Translations under genes and position numbers: made by a program
DNA from: Escherichia phage JL1
Direction: 5' to 3' (one strand)
DNA: 43,457 nt
Sequence record: JX865427
Shown: in pieces, positions 6,877 to 16,235 of the stretch
Layout: every line of letters starts with the position of its first letter
Position numbering within the stretch: position 1 is the first letter of the stretch
The notes under the pieces: model-generated
The model's database searches: none
Told to the model about the DNA's origin: nothing
What the model saw: only the letters and a program-made list of their open reading frames with translations

Positions 6877-9141
6877 TTAATCTTTCAGGTCATCATCTGT
6901 CGCAGAAAGCGTGATGGGGATATCCGATTTGATGACTAAATTCGACGACCCATATATGGCCCCGGTGTGCGGATCTGTATAGAAACCAATCACGCCGCGC
7001 TCGACCATATCGTCGATTGCCTTCGTCGAAGTGCCACCCTTAGCGAGTCCCGCCTGGCGGACAATTGCCGATTTACTGAAACCAGTATGGTCCGGGTTAT
7101 CTTCCATCAGTTTTTCCAGGGCCGCATAGAGCACTTTCTCTTTTTCGTTGCGCGGACCGGCGGCGTTTTCCTCCTTAACCGCTGCTTTGCCCGCGGCCTT
7201 CGCCTGTTCTATAGCGAACGGAGCCAGGGCGACCGGAACGAGGTATAAAGTCTCGTCGCGTGGCGTGGACGCAATTGGTTTGACGTCCCAACCGGCAACA
7301 ACGTCTCCGAAGTCCGGCCCGGTGCTGGTGGACTGGTGCGCCTCGAACGCTTCTGACTTGCGGAGATCCACCTTCACCTTGCACTTGAGCAAGACGAAGC
7401 CACGCGGCGCTTGCTTGATGCCGTTACGTGATTTTTCGTGATACAGGTTAAGTTGTCCCGGCTGGTTGTCGTCCGGTTGTTCCAGGAAGAACGCAGAATC
7501 AACAGCACCATGCAGCGCACCGGATCCGCGTGGGGTTCTGCTGCCGTTTGCACCTTTCGCGGGGTGGTGGATGACGCCCGCACTGCCACCTGTATTTTCC
7601 GCAATGGCTTTCAGCGCTTTGACCACTTCACCCATATCGCTGGCGTTGTTCTCGTCGAACGGTTTAGCCTCGGCGGACCGCAGCGCAACAGTCTGGTTGA
7701 GTGAGTCGAACGCCACCAGGCCAACTGGTTCGCCGTTAGCGGTGCGGTTGATGAAGCTGATAACTTCGCGCAAGCCGGATTTGCTGGTGATATCCCAGCC
7801 GCGTGATTGCAGATCGATAATGTGCAGCTTGTCCAGGTCGTGCTCGTATTTAATCTGCAATGCTTCTTTACGCTGATTTGAGGCTTCGCCACCTTCCGCA
7901 TCGAAATAGAAGCAATGCGACTGGACTACCTTCGCACCACCAAACGGAATACCAGCGGCAACCGCACCCATCTGCCCCAGCACATAGAAGGACTTGCCGA
8001 TGTTCGACTCGCCCGCCATATACCAGGTCGATTTAAAGTTAATCAGACCTTCGATGATCGGGTCGTGTTTACTGAATAGTGCGACCGGCTCGTTATCCAG
8101 ATCCGCATCGGTGCACACGCCGTATTCTTCGCCGTCACCAACCGCATCAACAATATGCTCGTATAAGGATTCGACTTCCTCGTCGTCCAGCCCCGGCAGG
8201 ATGGCGGCGATTTGCTTACGGGACATATTGTGTGGCTCGACGTTCAGGTGGTCCGGGATACCTATAAGACGTAGCGCCAGGTGCTGGTGTCTATTCAGTT
8301 CCGAGCAACACTCGTTGCCGGTGTGCATACACTTGAAACGGATCTCGCCATCCTTGACCATGATAGCCGTTGACCCTTCGCCGCTGTGCAGATGTTCGTT
8401 CGGGCACGGCACTTCATAACCGCGACCGGACGACAGCGGTTCGAATCCTGCCTGGAAGCACCAGTCCAGAATACCGTCCGCCACTGCGTCGTCGCCCTGG
8501 GTAAGCTCGCGGCGTACTTCCTCCTTCTCCACCCCCAGCTTGTCCGCCAGGCGCAGCAGACGACGCACACTGGCGCGCTTGCCGTGGTGGCACTTAATGA
8601 CAGACTGCTGGTGTGGTAGGTACATAAGACGGTTTGTGTCTTTCGTGCAGTCGTCGAAGTCCACATCCGACAGACCAAGTTGGTGTAATAGAGCATACTG
8701 GACACGGCCCAGGTCTTCCGCCGGGACAGGCTTATCAGTGAGCACCAGGAAACGGGCGCAACGCGTTCCGCCCTTCAGCGGGTGGCGGTCGCCGGTAGTG
8801 GTGTGGAATACGTGCTCCAGCCCCGCGTCGATGAAAGCCTTACGGCAGCGGCGTAAAGTGCGGGTGTCGGTGCGGTCAATATCGAAGAACAGGATCGAGC
8901 GGTCCACCGCACTGGTCTTACGACGCAATCCGTCACTGGTATACGCCACGATGCCGTCGGCCTTACGCTTGCGGCGCGCATACTCGGCTTTATCTTCTGT
9001 CTTGTTGATATGCACCGAGGAGATTTCTTTCGCATCTTTGATAAATTCGAAAAATTCATCGGTGGTCATCTGGAAGTTTTCCGCCCTGGCTTTTTCGCCT
9101 TTTTTAGCGGGTCGTGTTACAGCGAATTTAATTAAGCTCAT
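6877..9141 (-). CDS. DNA primase / RecA-family replicative helicase fusion
   Basis: 754 aa; Walker A GESNIGKS in central ATPase domain, N-terminal primase-like region, C-terminal putative DNA-binding region. Confidence 0.8.
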   Translation of the reverse strand: MSLIKFAVTRPAKKGEKARAENFQMTTDEFFEFIKDAKEISSVHINKTEDKAEYARRKRKADGIVAYTSDGLRRKTSAVDRSILFFDIDRTDTRTLRRCRKAFIDAGLEHVFHTTTGDRHPLKGGTRCARFLVLTDKPVPAEDLGRVQYALLHQLGLSDVDFDDCTKDTNRLMYLPHQQSVIKCHHGKRASVRRLLRLADKLGVEKEEVRRELTQGDDAVADGILDWCFQAGFEPLSSGRGYEVPCPNEHLHSGEGSTAIMVKDGEIRFKCMHTGNECCSELNRHQHLALRLIGIPDHLNVEPHNMSRKQIAAILPGLDDEEVESLYEHIVDAVGDGEEYGVCTDADLDNEPVALFSKHDPIIEGLINFKSTWYMAGESNIGKSFYVLGQMGAVAAGIPFGGAKVVQSHCFYFDAEGGEASNQRKEALQIKYEHDLDKLHIIDLQSRGWDITSKSGLREVISFINRTANGEPVGLVAFDSLNQTVALRSAEAKPFDENNASDMGEVVKALKAIAENTGGSAGVIHHPAKGANGSRTPRGSGALHGAVDSAFFLEQPDDNQPGQLNLYHEKSRNGIKQAPRGFVLLKCKVKVDLRKSEAFEAHQSTSTGPDFGDVVAGWDVKPIASTPRDETLYLVPVALAPFAIEQAKAAGKAAVKEENAAGPRNEKEKVLYAALEKLMEDNPDHTGFSKSAIVRQAGLAKGGTSTKAIDDMVERGVIGFYTDPHTGAIYGSSNLVIKSDIPITLSATDDDLKD

Positions 9142-9151
9142 TGCCGTGGCC

Positions 9152-9481
9152 TTACTTAGAAGTTTTATTATTGCGTACCCAGGAGCGCACTGTGCTCTGA
9201 TTAATCCCAGTCAACTCGGCAATCATCGCCCAGGATTTGCCCTCGGCGCGCAAACGGATAACCTGTTTTTTATATTCTTCCATTTCTTCATTGTGCTTCT
9301 GCAGCTTGCTCGCCGCTGTACCGTTGAGCAATTCCAGCCTGGCGCGTAATTCTTTTTCTACACTGCGCAGGCGCTCGACCTCAAATAGCACCGCCCCAAC
9401 GGCATCGGTATAAGCCCACGACCGGCTTGTTTCACTGCTAACAGTCTTCGTTAACATTTCGATTGCGTCGTTTATATTCAT
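9152..9481 (-). CDS. HTH transcriptional regulator
   Basis: 109 aa; C-terminal HTH (SWAMIAELTGINQSTVRSWV); first gene transcribed leftward from the divergent control region. Confidence 0.6.
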   Translation of the reverse strand: MNINDAIEMLTKTVSSETSRSWAYTDAVGAVLFEVERLRSVEKELRARLELLNGTAASKLQKHNEEMEEYKKQVIRLRAEGKSWAMIAELTGINQSTVRSWVRNNKTSK

Positions 9482-9505
9482 TGCTCTGCCCTCAGTTGGT
9501 TAATG

Positions 9506-9541
9506 ACCAACGAAACTACACCTAAAACCGCAAGGTGTCAA
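9506..9541 (-). promoter_or_regulatory. promoter TTGACA-17-TAGTTT with near-palindromic operator gttggttaatgaccaac (9495-9511)
   Basis: Read on minus strand upstream of the HTH regulator; 8-1-8 inverted repeat with one mismatch overlaps -10/TSS. Confidence 0.45.
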
Positions 9542-9553
9542 ATCCTTTGGATA

Positions 9554-9581
9554 TTGAAACGGGTGCGCACGCGTGTAATAA
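9554..9581 (+). promoter_or_regulatory. candidate promoter TTGAAA-16-TAATAA
   Basis: Plus-strand hexamers ~30 nt upstream of an ORF-free stretch ending in an intrinsic terminator. Confidence 0.35.
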
Positions 9582-9612
9582 TAATTCCCGTCTCATTGTC
9601 TCTTATTGGTTA

Positions 9613-9649
9613 GCGCCGTCGCATTTTGCCTCGGCGCTTTTTTTTTTTG
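9613..9649 (+). terminator. rho-independent terminator (stem gcgccg/cggcgc + T11)
   Basis: Hairpin followed by eleven T residues on the plus strand; no plus-strand CDS upstream. Confidence 0.55.
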
Positions 9650-9658
9650 AAATTAGTT

Positions 9659-9687
9659 GTTGACTCCCTTCTGCAACCAATCTAATA
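9659..9687 (+). promoter_or_regulatory. strong sigma70-like promoter TTGACT-17-TAATAT for the rightward operon
   Basis: Near-consensus hexamers with T-rich upstream tract; TGCAACCAAT motif fills the spacer. Confidence 0.6.
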
Positions 9688-9884
9688 TTCACTCCGTCGA
9701 CAGGATGCAGGACGCAAACTGGAGAGGGGCAACGCAGGGGCCGGATCGAAGTGTCAGGATTCCCAACCGTGATTATATAACCAGGTCCACTACCCGAAAG
9801 GGAGAACGCGTAACCTGGCTCTATGTTAAGGCCACCGACGAAGTTTACTGCCGACACCTAAACTTAACCAATCGGAGATATACC

Positions 9885-10427
9885 ATGTTTGAGCAAATCG
9901 TAAACCTGATCACTCGCGGCGTAGTAGCACTGGAAACCATCGCTAAACATTATGAAACTGTGGGCGCTGCCGTAGACCCAAAAGCAAACGGCACTGCTAA
10001 GAAAGGCAAGGCCAAGCCGGATACTGAAGTCGAAGACGACGATCAGGACGAAGTCGAAGATACGCCTAAAACGAAAAAAGGCGCGGCAAAAGAAACCAAG
10101 TCTAAAGGAAAGGCCAAAAAACAAGTCGAAGAGGATGACGACGAGGATGATGAAGCCGAAGACGAAAAACCGGCGAAGGGTAAAAAAGCACCAGCGAAAG
10201 GCAAAGGTAAGAAAGATGCCGATCCGCTGGCAGAGATGCGCGACGAGATCAAACAGTATGCCGCTATTATTGCAGGCGGCGATGATGATGATGCGAACGA
10301 CGAATTCGACGACCTGCTGGAATCGTTCGAGATCAAATCAATCGCTAAACTGGAAGACGACGACGTCGAAGACTTCCACACCGAGCTAAAAGAAATCGTC
10401 GAAACTTATTTCGAACTGGAAGACTAA
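9885..10427 (+). CDS. highly charged acidic protein (hypothetical; first rightward gene)
   Basis: 180 aa, long D/E runs interleaved with K-rich segments; GGAG RBS 7 nt upstream of ATG at 9885; alternative in-frame ATG at 9704 lacks RBS. Confidence 0.6.
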   Translation: MFEQIVNLITRGVVALETIAKHYETVGAAVDPKANGTAKKGKAKPDTEVEDDDQDEVEDTPKTKKGAAKETKSKGKAKKQVEEDDDEDDEAEDEKPAKGKKAPAKGKGKKDADPLAEMRDEIKQYAAIIAGGDDDDANDEFDDLLESFEIKSIAKLEDDDVEDFHTELKEIVETYFELED

Positions 10428-10433
10428 TATTAT

Positions 10434-10462
10434 CCGGCCCGCTAATCTGCGGGCCTCTTTTT
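10434..10462 (+). terminator. rho-independent terminator
   Basis: Stem ccggcccgc / gcgggcc followed by TCTTTTT. Confidence 0.6.
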
Positions 10463-10475
10463 AGAGGACGAGACA

Positions 10476-10727
10476 ATGGCACGCTTCACGCTAATCGAGG
10501 CGGTGGATTCCCGCGACCAGCGCCCGTACTATTGGTTATTCGAACGCATCGGCAGCTTTCAATCGCGCGTTGCTGTAATTGATAAACGCCGCAACACCCC
10601 CGCGCAAATTAAGCGCACCACCTTTACTAATCCCGACTTTTATATTTGGGCGGATTCCAATCTGGAGTATGTTCGTTTCGCAGTTGCATCCGAAGCAAAA
10701 ACAATTGACCGCTGGGAGACAAAATAA
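10476..10727 (+). CDS. hypothetical protein
   Basis: 83-aa ORF with GAGGA RBS. Confidence 0.5.
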   Translation: MARFTLIEAVDSRDQRPYYWLFERIGSFQSRVAVIDKRRNTPAQIKRTTFTNPDFYIWADSNLEYVRFAVASEAKTIDRWETK

Positions 10728-10916
10728 ATGGCTATATTCTTTGTTTTATTTCGTTGCCGTATTACCGGCGATGAGCAACCGGAAATCGTTATGAATCAGA
10801 ACTGGAATTGCTGCTGGACTCAAGCCAGAGGACTGGCGGCTACCATGAACGAAGCCGCGAAGCGGGCTGGGGTTAAACATGAATATTACATTGCTCAGTT
10901 TTCAAGGGTGGAATAA
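10728..10916 (+). CDS. hypothetical protein
   Basis: 62-aa ORF; ATG directly after upstream stop, GGGAGA RBS; stop overlaps the next start. Confidence 0.4.
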   Translation: MAIFFVLFRCRITGDEQPEIVMNQNWNCCWTQARGLAATMNEAAKRAGVKHEYYIAQFSRVE

Positions 10917-12346
10917 TGGCGATTAAACCAAAACGTAAAACGCAATCCGGTAGCAATACGGAACACTCATTACTTGGTCCATCCGGTGCTAAAAAATGGA
11001 TGGGTTGCCCTGCCGCCCTGGTGGTGGAAAAAGATATCCCGAACGAATCCGGGCAAGCCGCGATTAACGGTACGAGTATGCACACCGTATCTGAGGTGGT
11101 GCTAAACCGCATTATCGCCGGTGAGAAGCTGATAACCGCGAAGACGTATAAAGGGTGCTACGTCGAGAACGAAGGCAAGGGGCCAGTAAAGGCACACCCT
11201 AAAGCCCCGAAAGGCGGCGTACTGGTCAACGACGACATGGTGAAACAGTGCAACGCGTACATCGACCACTGGCGACCGCTCCTCGAAGTGGCGGAGTTTG
11301 TCCAGCTTGAGATGCGCGCCGATCTGACCCGCGTCCTTCACTCGGGCTTCGAGATCGACGGCAACAGGGTTAAGACGTTCGGTACTGCCGATATGGTCAT
11401 GGTCATGAAAAAGACCGACGGCACGTACATGCTGATTGTTGGCGACCTGAAGACCGGGCGGCATAAGGTCGAGGCGAAAGAAAACAAACAGCTTATGTTG
11501 TACGCGCTCGGCCTGCTGCGCAAGCTGCAAACCATGTACGACATTACGACCGTGCGCCTGGTCATCTTCCAGCCGTATTGCGGCGGGGCGTCAGAGTGGG
11601 ATATTTCTGTAGAAGCACTGGAGATATTCGCGAAGTTTGCATCCAAGCGCGCTATCGCCGCACTGGAAGCGTACGCCCGAGGCAAAAAGGGACTCACCCG
11701 CGCCGACTTCCGACCGAGCGTTGATGCGTGCCAGTGGTGCAGATTTGCGGATCAGTGTAGCGCCAGGGCGAAGGCCGCAATCGATACGATGACACCACCA
11801 ACGGCAACCGACGAAGACCTGGGCGACGACGTGAGTATCGCTACAGAGGAGGAATGCGCCAACCATGACCGCAATATGGCCCGCGAAGCCCGGAAGGCGG
11901 CACGACGTGCGAAGCGTGGTACGAAGGAATCCACACCAGGCGCTATGAGCGCTGCGGAACTGCGCAAGGCTTATGAAGGCCTGGACGCAATGCGCCAGCA
12001 CATCAAGGCTATCGAGTCCGCGGTATTCAAGGCGGTCATGGCGGGCGATGGCGAATCGCTGGGCCTCAAGATGGTTGCCGGTAAGGAAGGGATCCGTAAG
12101 TGGGCGGACGAGAGCGAAGTGATTGAAATCTTCACGAAGGCCCGGATCAAGCGCGATGTGATGTACAAAGAAACATTGCTCAGCCCGACAGATGCCGAGA
12201 AGGTACTGAAGGACGAAAAACCGAAAGTGTGGGCGAAGCTGTGTGCTAAAATCACACGCGCACCCGCTAAACCGGTGTTAGCACCTATCGACGACCCGCG
12301 CCCCGCGTGGTCGGAGGCCACTGACGAGGACTTAAGCAATGAATAA
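10916..12346 (+). CDS. Cas4/RecB-like PD-(D/E)xK nuclease (DUF2800-type)
   Basis: 476 aa; N-terminal Cys (WMGCPA), nuclease motif IVGDLKTGRHK, C-terminal Cys cluster CQWCRFADQC. Confidence 0.7.
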   Translation: MAIKPKRKTQSGSNTEHSLLGPSGAKKWMGCPAALVVEKDIPNESGQAAINGTSMHTVSEVVLNRIIAGEKLITAKTYKGCYVENEGKGPVKAHPKAPKGGVLVNDDMVKQCNAYIDHWRPLLEVAEFVQLEMRADLTRVLHSGFEIDGNRVKTFGTADMVMVMKKTDGTYMLIVGDLKTGRHKVEAKENKQLMLYALGLLRKLQTMYDITTVRLVIFQPYCGGASEWDISVEALEIFAKFASKRAIAALEAYARGKKGLTRADFRPSVDACQWCRFADQCSARAKAAIDTMTPPTATDEDLGDDVSIATEEECANHDRNMAREARKAARRAKRGTKESTPGAMSAAELRKAYEGLDAMRQHIKAIESAVFKAVMAGDGESLGLKMVAGKEGIRKWADESEVIEIFTKARIKRDVMYKETLLSPTDAEKVLKDEKPKVWAKLCAKITRAPAKPVLAPIDDPRPAWSEATDEDLSNE

Positions 12347-12581
12347 AGTATTTGCGATCTTATTGATGTTTTTGCTCGGCGCGCTGGGCTTTATCCTGCA
12401 TTGCGTGCACGGCGTGTTAATGGTGGCGTGGATGATTCGTCATCCGACCCGCTGGCTGGATGACGGTTATAGTGACGCTGCCGTCGACTGGGTGGCGAAG
12501 AACATCGACCGACCGCCGTTAAGCTGGATCGAGAACGCCACTAACTACGTGACCCGAAATCTTTTTAACGAAAATGCTTGA
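12339..12581 (+). CDS. small membrane protein (hypothetical)
   Basis: 80 aa with two hydrophobic helices. Confidence 0.45.
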   Translation: MNKVFAILLMFLLGALGFILHCVHGVLMVAWMIRHPTRWLDDGYSDAAVDWVAKNIDRPPLSWIENATNYVTRNLFNENA

Positions 12582-12606
12582 CCGCTTAGGTGCAACCAAG
12601 TAGATT
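12578..12606 (+). promoter_or_regulatory. promoter TTGACC-17-TAGATT
   Basis: TGCAACCAAG motif in the spacer abutting the -10; precedes the DUF2815 gene. Confidence 0.5.
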
Positions 12607-12671
12607 AACAACCAAGCCGAACGGGGTGGCTCACAATAACCCCGATACATGTGAAAATGAGGAATTGGAAA

Positions 12672-13400
12672 ATGGCTAAAGTCAACCTGAAAAATGTGCG
12701 CGTATGTTTCCTTAAAATTTGGGAACGCGATACCCCTAAACAGGATGGTCAAAAACCGGCATACCGTGCAGTGATTCTTCTGGATAAAGAAGATCCGCAG
12801 GTGGACAAAGTGGAAGCGGCAGCGCGCGCAGTGCTCACCGACAAGCTGAAATCCGAGAAGAATGCTGATAAGTGGATGGACCGCCACTACGCCCTGGATT
12901 CTAAGGAATGCGCAGTTCGCGACGGTGACGAGCGCGACGAAGTAACCGAAGAATTCGAAGGCATGTTGTACATCAATGCCAAATCGTTCAAACAGCCGAT
13001 CATTCAAACGTCACTCGGCGAGAAGCAGACGGAACAAGGTCTGACCGTAGAAGGCGACGAGATCGAAGGCCAGGAGATCTACTCCGGTTGTTATTGCAAC
13101 GTGTCACTCGATATCTGGGCGTGGAACAATACCAACGGCAAGGGACTCGGTGCTGGTCTTTTGGGTCTGCGCTTCCGCGATGATGGTGAATCCTTCGGCG
13201 GTGGCGGTTCTTCTTGCTCCGACGAAGACCTGGACAACGATGACGAAGATGAAAGCCCGCGCAAGTCCAAAAAGTCAAAACGTCGTGATGACGATGACGA
13301 AGACGACAAGCCGCGCAAGTCCAAAAAGTCCAAGCGCCGCGATGACGAAGATGAGGACGACGACGAAGACGAAGCGCCACGTAAACGTCGCCGCCGTTAA
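12672..13400 (+). CDS. DUF2815-type putative ssDNA-binding protein
   Basis: N-terminus MAKVNLKNVRVCF; lies between the DUF2800 nuclease and Pol A; C-terminal tandem charged repeats; GAGGA RBS. Confidence 0.65.
   Translation: MAKVNLKNVRVCFLKIWERDTPKQDGQKPAYRAVILLDKEDPQVDKVEAAARAVLTDKLKSEKNADKWMDRHYALDSKECAVRDGDERDEVTEEFEGMLYINAKSFKQPIIQTSLGEKQTEQGLTVEGDEIEGQEIYSGCYCNVSLDIWAWNNTNGKGLGAGLLGLRFRDDGESFGGGGSSCSDEDLDNDDEDESPRKSKKSKRRDDDDEDDKPRKSKKSKRRDDEDEDDDEDEAPRKRRRR
13253..13350 (+). repeat. tandem ~54-bp coding repeat (PRKSKKSKRRDD-acidic) in the DUF2815 C-terminus
   Basis: Two near-identical units ccgcgcaagtccaaaaagtc...gatgacga. Confidence 0.7.
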
Positions 13401-13418
13401 GGGCAAAGCCCACTATTC

Positions 13419-13443
13419 AAGCCCGCTTAATGCGGGCTTTTTA
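13419..13443 (+). terminator. rho-independent terminator
   Basis: Stem gcccgc / gcgggc with loop ttaat followed by TTTTT. Confidence 0.6.
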
Positions 13444-13458
13444 ATAGGACAATGAAAA

Positions 13459-13629
13459 ATGCGTATTAAAGCCAGCGAAGTAAAAGTCGGAATGCAAGTA
13501 TGGTCCAAAATGCTGGGCGAATATTTCACAGTTGCCGAGATTCGCAACAACGGCGAGGAGATTACCCTTTCCGACGGCATCTTCTCCGTGATCGGCAGTG
13601 CTGACGCCGTGGTGAGGATTAAGCAATGA
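13459..13629 (+). CDS. small hypothetical protein (56 aa)
   Basis: Manual translation MRIKASEVKVGMQVWSKMLGEYFTVAEIRNNGEE...; stop overlaps the Pol A start (ATGA). Confidence 0.35.
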   Translation: MRIKASEVKVGMQVWSKMLGEYFTVAEIRNNGEEITLSDGIFSVIGSADAVVRIKQ

Positions 13630-15917
13630 AAGACTTCGAACGCCTGTTTCTCGATACCGAGACATTTAGCGGGGTAGACCTGAAGAAAGTTGGCGCATAC
13701 GCCTACGCAGAGCACCCAACCACCGAGATTATGATTTGCACCTACGCCATCGACGAGGGCCGCGTGCAGACATGGGATTGCACCGAGTCCCCCACAATGC
13801 CGCGTGAACTGCGCAAGGCGCTCCGCCGGGTATCTCGCAAGAAAGCAAAAATCGTGATGGCTAACGGCCTCCTGTTTGACCGCCTGGTTATTCGCGAGAA
13901 GTGGGGCATTGACCTGCCGGTAGGCCAGATCGAAGACACCATGATTATGGCCTTCCGACACGCGCTGCCGGGGAGTCTCGACATGCAATGCCAGGTGCTG
14001 GGCGTTGACGCAGAACACGCGAAGGATAAGGCTGGCAAGGCGCTGATCAAACGCTTCTGTAAGCCAACCCCTAAGACCTACAAAATCCGCCGCTACACCC
14101 GCGAGACTCACCCTGAAGAATGGGCTAAATTCCTGCGCTATGCCGCGCTGGATATCATCGCGATGAGGGAAGTCTATTGGCGCATACCGGACTGGGGTAA
14201 TACGCCGAAGGAAGACGAAATCCTGCTTATTGACCAGTTGATTAACGACCGCGGCTTCTATGTGGACGTTGACCTGGCACGCGCTGCGATCAAAGCGGTA
14301 CAGGCGCATAAGGAAGAATTAAAGGAAGAAGCCTGGGAGCGCTTCGGCGGTAAGCTAACCGGCAATGACTTCCTGCCCGCGCTGCGCGACCTCGCGCCTG
14401 CGTTCACAATCCACAACGCGCAGAAATCCACGCTTAACGACCTGCTGGAAGATCCAGACTTCCCGGACGAAGGCAAAGCGCTTATCGAGATGCGCCTCGG
14501 TGCGTCATCCACGGCGTCGACTAAGTACAATCCGCTCGTTAATGGCCTATCCGCCGATGGTCGCCGCCGTGGGTGTCTTCAGTATGGCGGCGCAAAGCGC
14601 ACGCTACGCTGGGCCGGTAAAGGCTTCCAGCCGCAAAACCTGGCACGCGGCGAATATAGCGACGACCACGAAGGGAAGATTAAACGCCGTGAAGGCGAGA
14701 GCGACGTCGCTTTTTGGGTGCGGTCGCACATGCTCACCAACGGCATCAACTCCCTGTTACGTGGGACAGCGCACTGGGCGTATGACATATCGAAGCTAAC
14801 GGCCTCGACTGTCCGCGGGTGCATTATTCCGGCGAAGGGTAAGAAGTTTGTCGTAGCGGACTACTCCAACGTGGAAGGGCGTGGACTTGCCTGGATCGCT
14901 GGCGAGAAAACCGCGCTAATGGTGTTTAGGGCCGGTCGCGATATCTATTGTGAAACTGCCGGTAAGATGTTCGGCCTTGACCCAGAATACATTAAAGCCA
15001 ACCGCAAAGACTTACGCCAGATCGGTAAGGCGTGCGAATTGGGCCTGGGCTATGGTGGTGGCGTGGCGGCGTTCTTGCAGTTCGCTAAAAACCTGGGCCT
15101 CGACCTTTACGCGATGGCGGACGTCATGAAGGGCACATTTCCCGATCACATTTGGGCCGCGGCGAAACGGGGTTATGAGTACGCCCGCATTAACGAGGCG
15201 AAGCGCCCGCCGAAGCCTGGCAAGAAGGACGAGCGCCCAACTTACATACTGCCGAAAAACGTATGGCTTACATGTGATGCGATTAAACGTATGTGGCGCG
15301 AGGCTCACCCGAAGACGGTAGCATTTTGGGCCGAACTGGAAGACGCGGTGTTGTGCGCGATCCGCAATCCGGGCAAAGCGTACTGGGCTGGCGCGAACGT
15401 TCGCCCGGATGGTAAGAAAGCGCTCAAGATAGTCCGCACGAAGGCGAAGCATGACCCAACCTTCGACGAGGAGCGCGACGACCCGAACGCCGCGGGGTGG
15501 TGGTTGAAAATTGAGTTGCCGTCGGGGCGTATTATGAGTTACCCAGGCATTGCGCTGTCAGTGACGACCGAGATCGACGAAGATACCGGCAAGAAGCGCA
15601 CCAGCACCCGCATTAAATATCAGGGTGAGAATCAGACGACGCGCCAGTGGGGATTCCAGTACACCTACGGCGGCAAACTGACGGAAAACATCGTGCAGGC
15701 GCTGTGCCGCGATATCCTCGCATGGTCCATGCCGGGCGTTGAAGCTGCGGGGTATGAGATCGTACTGTCCGTACACGATGAACTGATAACCGAAGTGCCG
15801 GATACCGACGACTACACAACCGAGGAGTTGTGCGCGCTGATGTGCGACCTGCCTGTTTGGGCGAAAGGCTTCCCGCTTGCCGCGGAAGGCGACATCATGT
15901 ACAGGTACAGAAAATGA
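13626..15917 (+). CDS. DNA polymerase, family A, with 3'-5' exonuclease domain
   Basis: 763 aa; exo motif LFLDTETFS; polymerase motifs RQIGKACELGLGYGGG and VHDELITEV. Confidence 0.92.
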   Translation: MKDFERLFLDTETFSGVDLKKVGAYAYAEHPTTEIMICTYAIDEGRVQTWDCTESPTMPRELRKALRRVSRKKAKIVMANGLLFDRLVIREKWGIDLPVGQIEDTMIMAFRHALPGSLDMQCQVLGVDAEHAKDKAGKALIKRFCKPTPKTYKIRRYTRETHPEEWAKFLRYAALDIIAMREVYWRIPDWGNTPKEDEILLIDQLINDRGFYVDVDLARAAIKAVQAHKEELKEEAWERFGGKLTGNDFLPALRDLAPAFTIHNAQKSTLNDLLEDPDFPDEGKALIEMRLGASSTASTKYNPLVNGLSADGRRRGCLQYGGAKRTLRWAGKGFQPQNLARGEYSDDHEGKIKRREGESDVAFWVRSHMLTNGINSLLRGTAHWAYDISKLTASTVRGCIIPAKGKKFVVADYSNVEGRGLAWIAGEKTALMVFRAGRDIYCETAGKMFGLDPEYIKANRKDLRQIGKACELGLGYGGGVAAFLQFAKNLGLDLYAMADVMKGTFPDHIWAAAKRGYEYARINEAKRPPKPGKKDERPTYILPKNVWLTCDAIKRMWREAHPKTVAFWAELEDAVLCAIRNPGKAYWAGANVRPDGKKALKIVRTKAKHDPTFDEERDDPNAAGWWLKIELPSGRIMSYPGIALSVTTEIDEDTGKKRTSTRIKYQGENQTTRQWGFQYTYGGKLTENIVQALCRDILAWSMPGVEAAGYEIVLSVHDELITEVPDTDDYTTEELCALMCDLPVWAKGFPLAAEGDIMYRYRK

Positions 15918-16195
15918 TGACACCAGAAGGCAAGATTCAAAGTCACCTTATGAAGCTGGTGAAAGCCGTCGGCGGATTCTGCCGTAAAGTGGCATGGGAG
16001 GGGCGCGCAGGAGCGCCCGACCTGATAATCATAATCAACGGCAAGATAGTTTTCGTCGAAGTGAAGCGCCCCGGCGGCAAACCGAAGCCGCACCAGGTAC
16101 GAGAACATGAGCGAATGGCCCGCCGCGGTGCGGACGTTCGCGTCATCGACAACATAGACGACTGTGATTTATTGGTTGCTGAATTGGTCGCGTAG
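15914..16195 (+). CDS. VRR-NUC domain nuclease
   Basis: Motif GAPDLIIIINGKIVFVEVKRPGGKPKPHQ; overlaps the Pol A stop. Confidence 0.7.
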   Translation: MMTPEGKIQSHLMKLVKAVGGFCRKVAWEGRAGAPDLIIIINGKIVFVEVKRPGGKPKPHQVREHERMARRGADVRVIDNIDDCDLLVAELVA

Positions 16196-16235
16196 CAGTA
16201 TAGTGGGCCGGTTAGCCCTATCGAGGATTTTAGAA

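Noticed and set aside
9603-9857. 84-aa minus-strand ORF in the divergent control region
   Set aside because: It overlaps the terminator, the strong rightward promoter and the leader; there is no RBS, and a regulatory function is more parsimonious.
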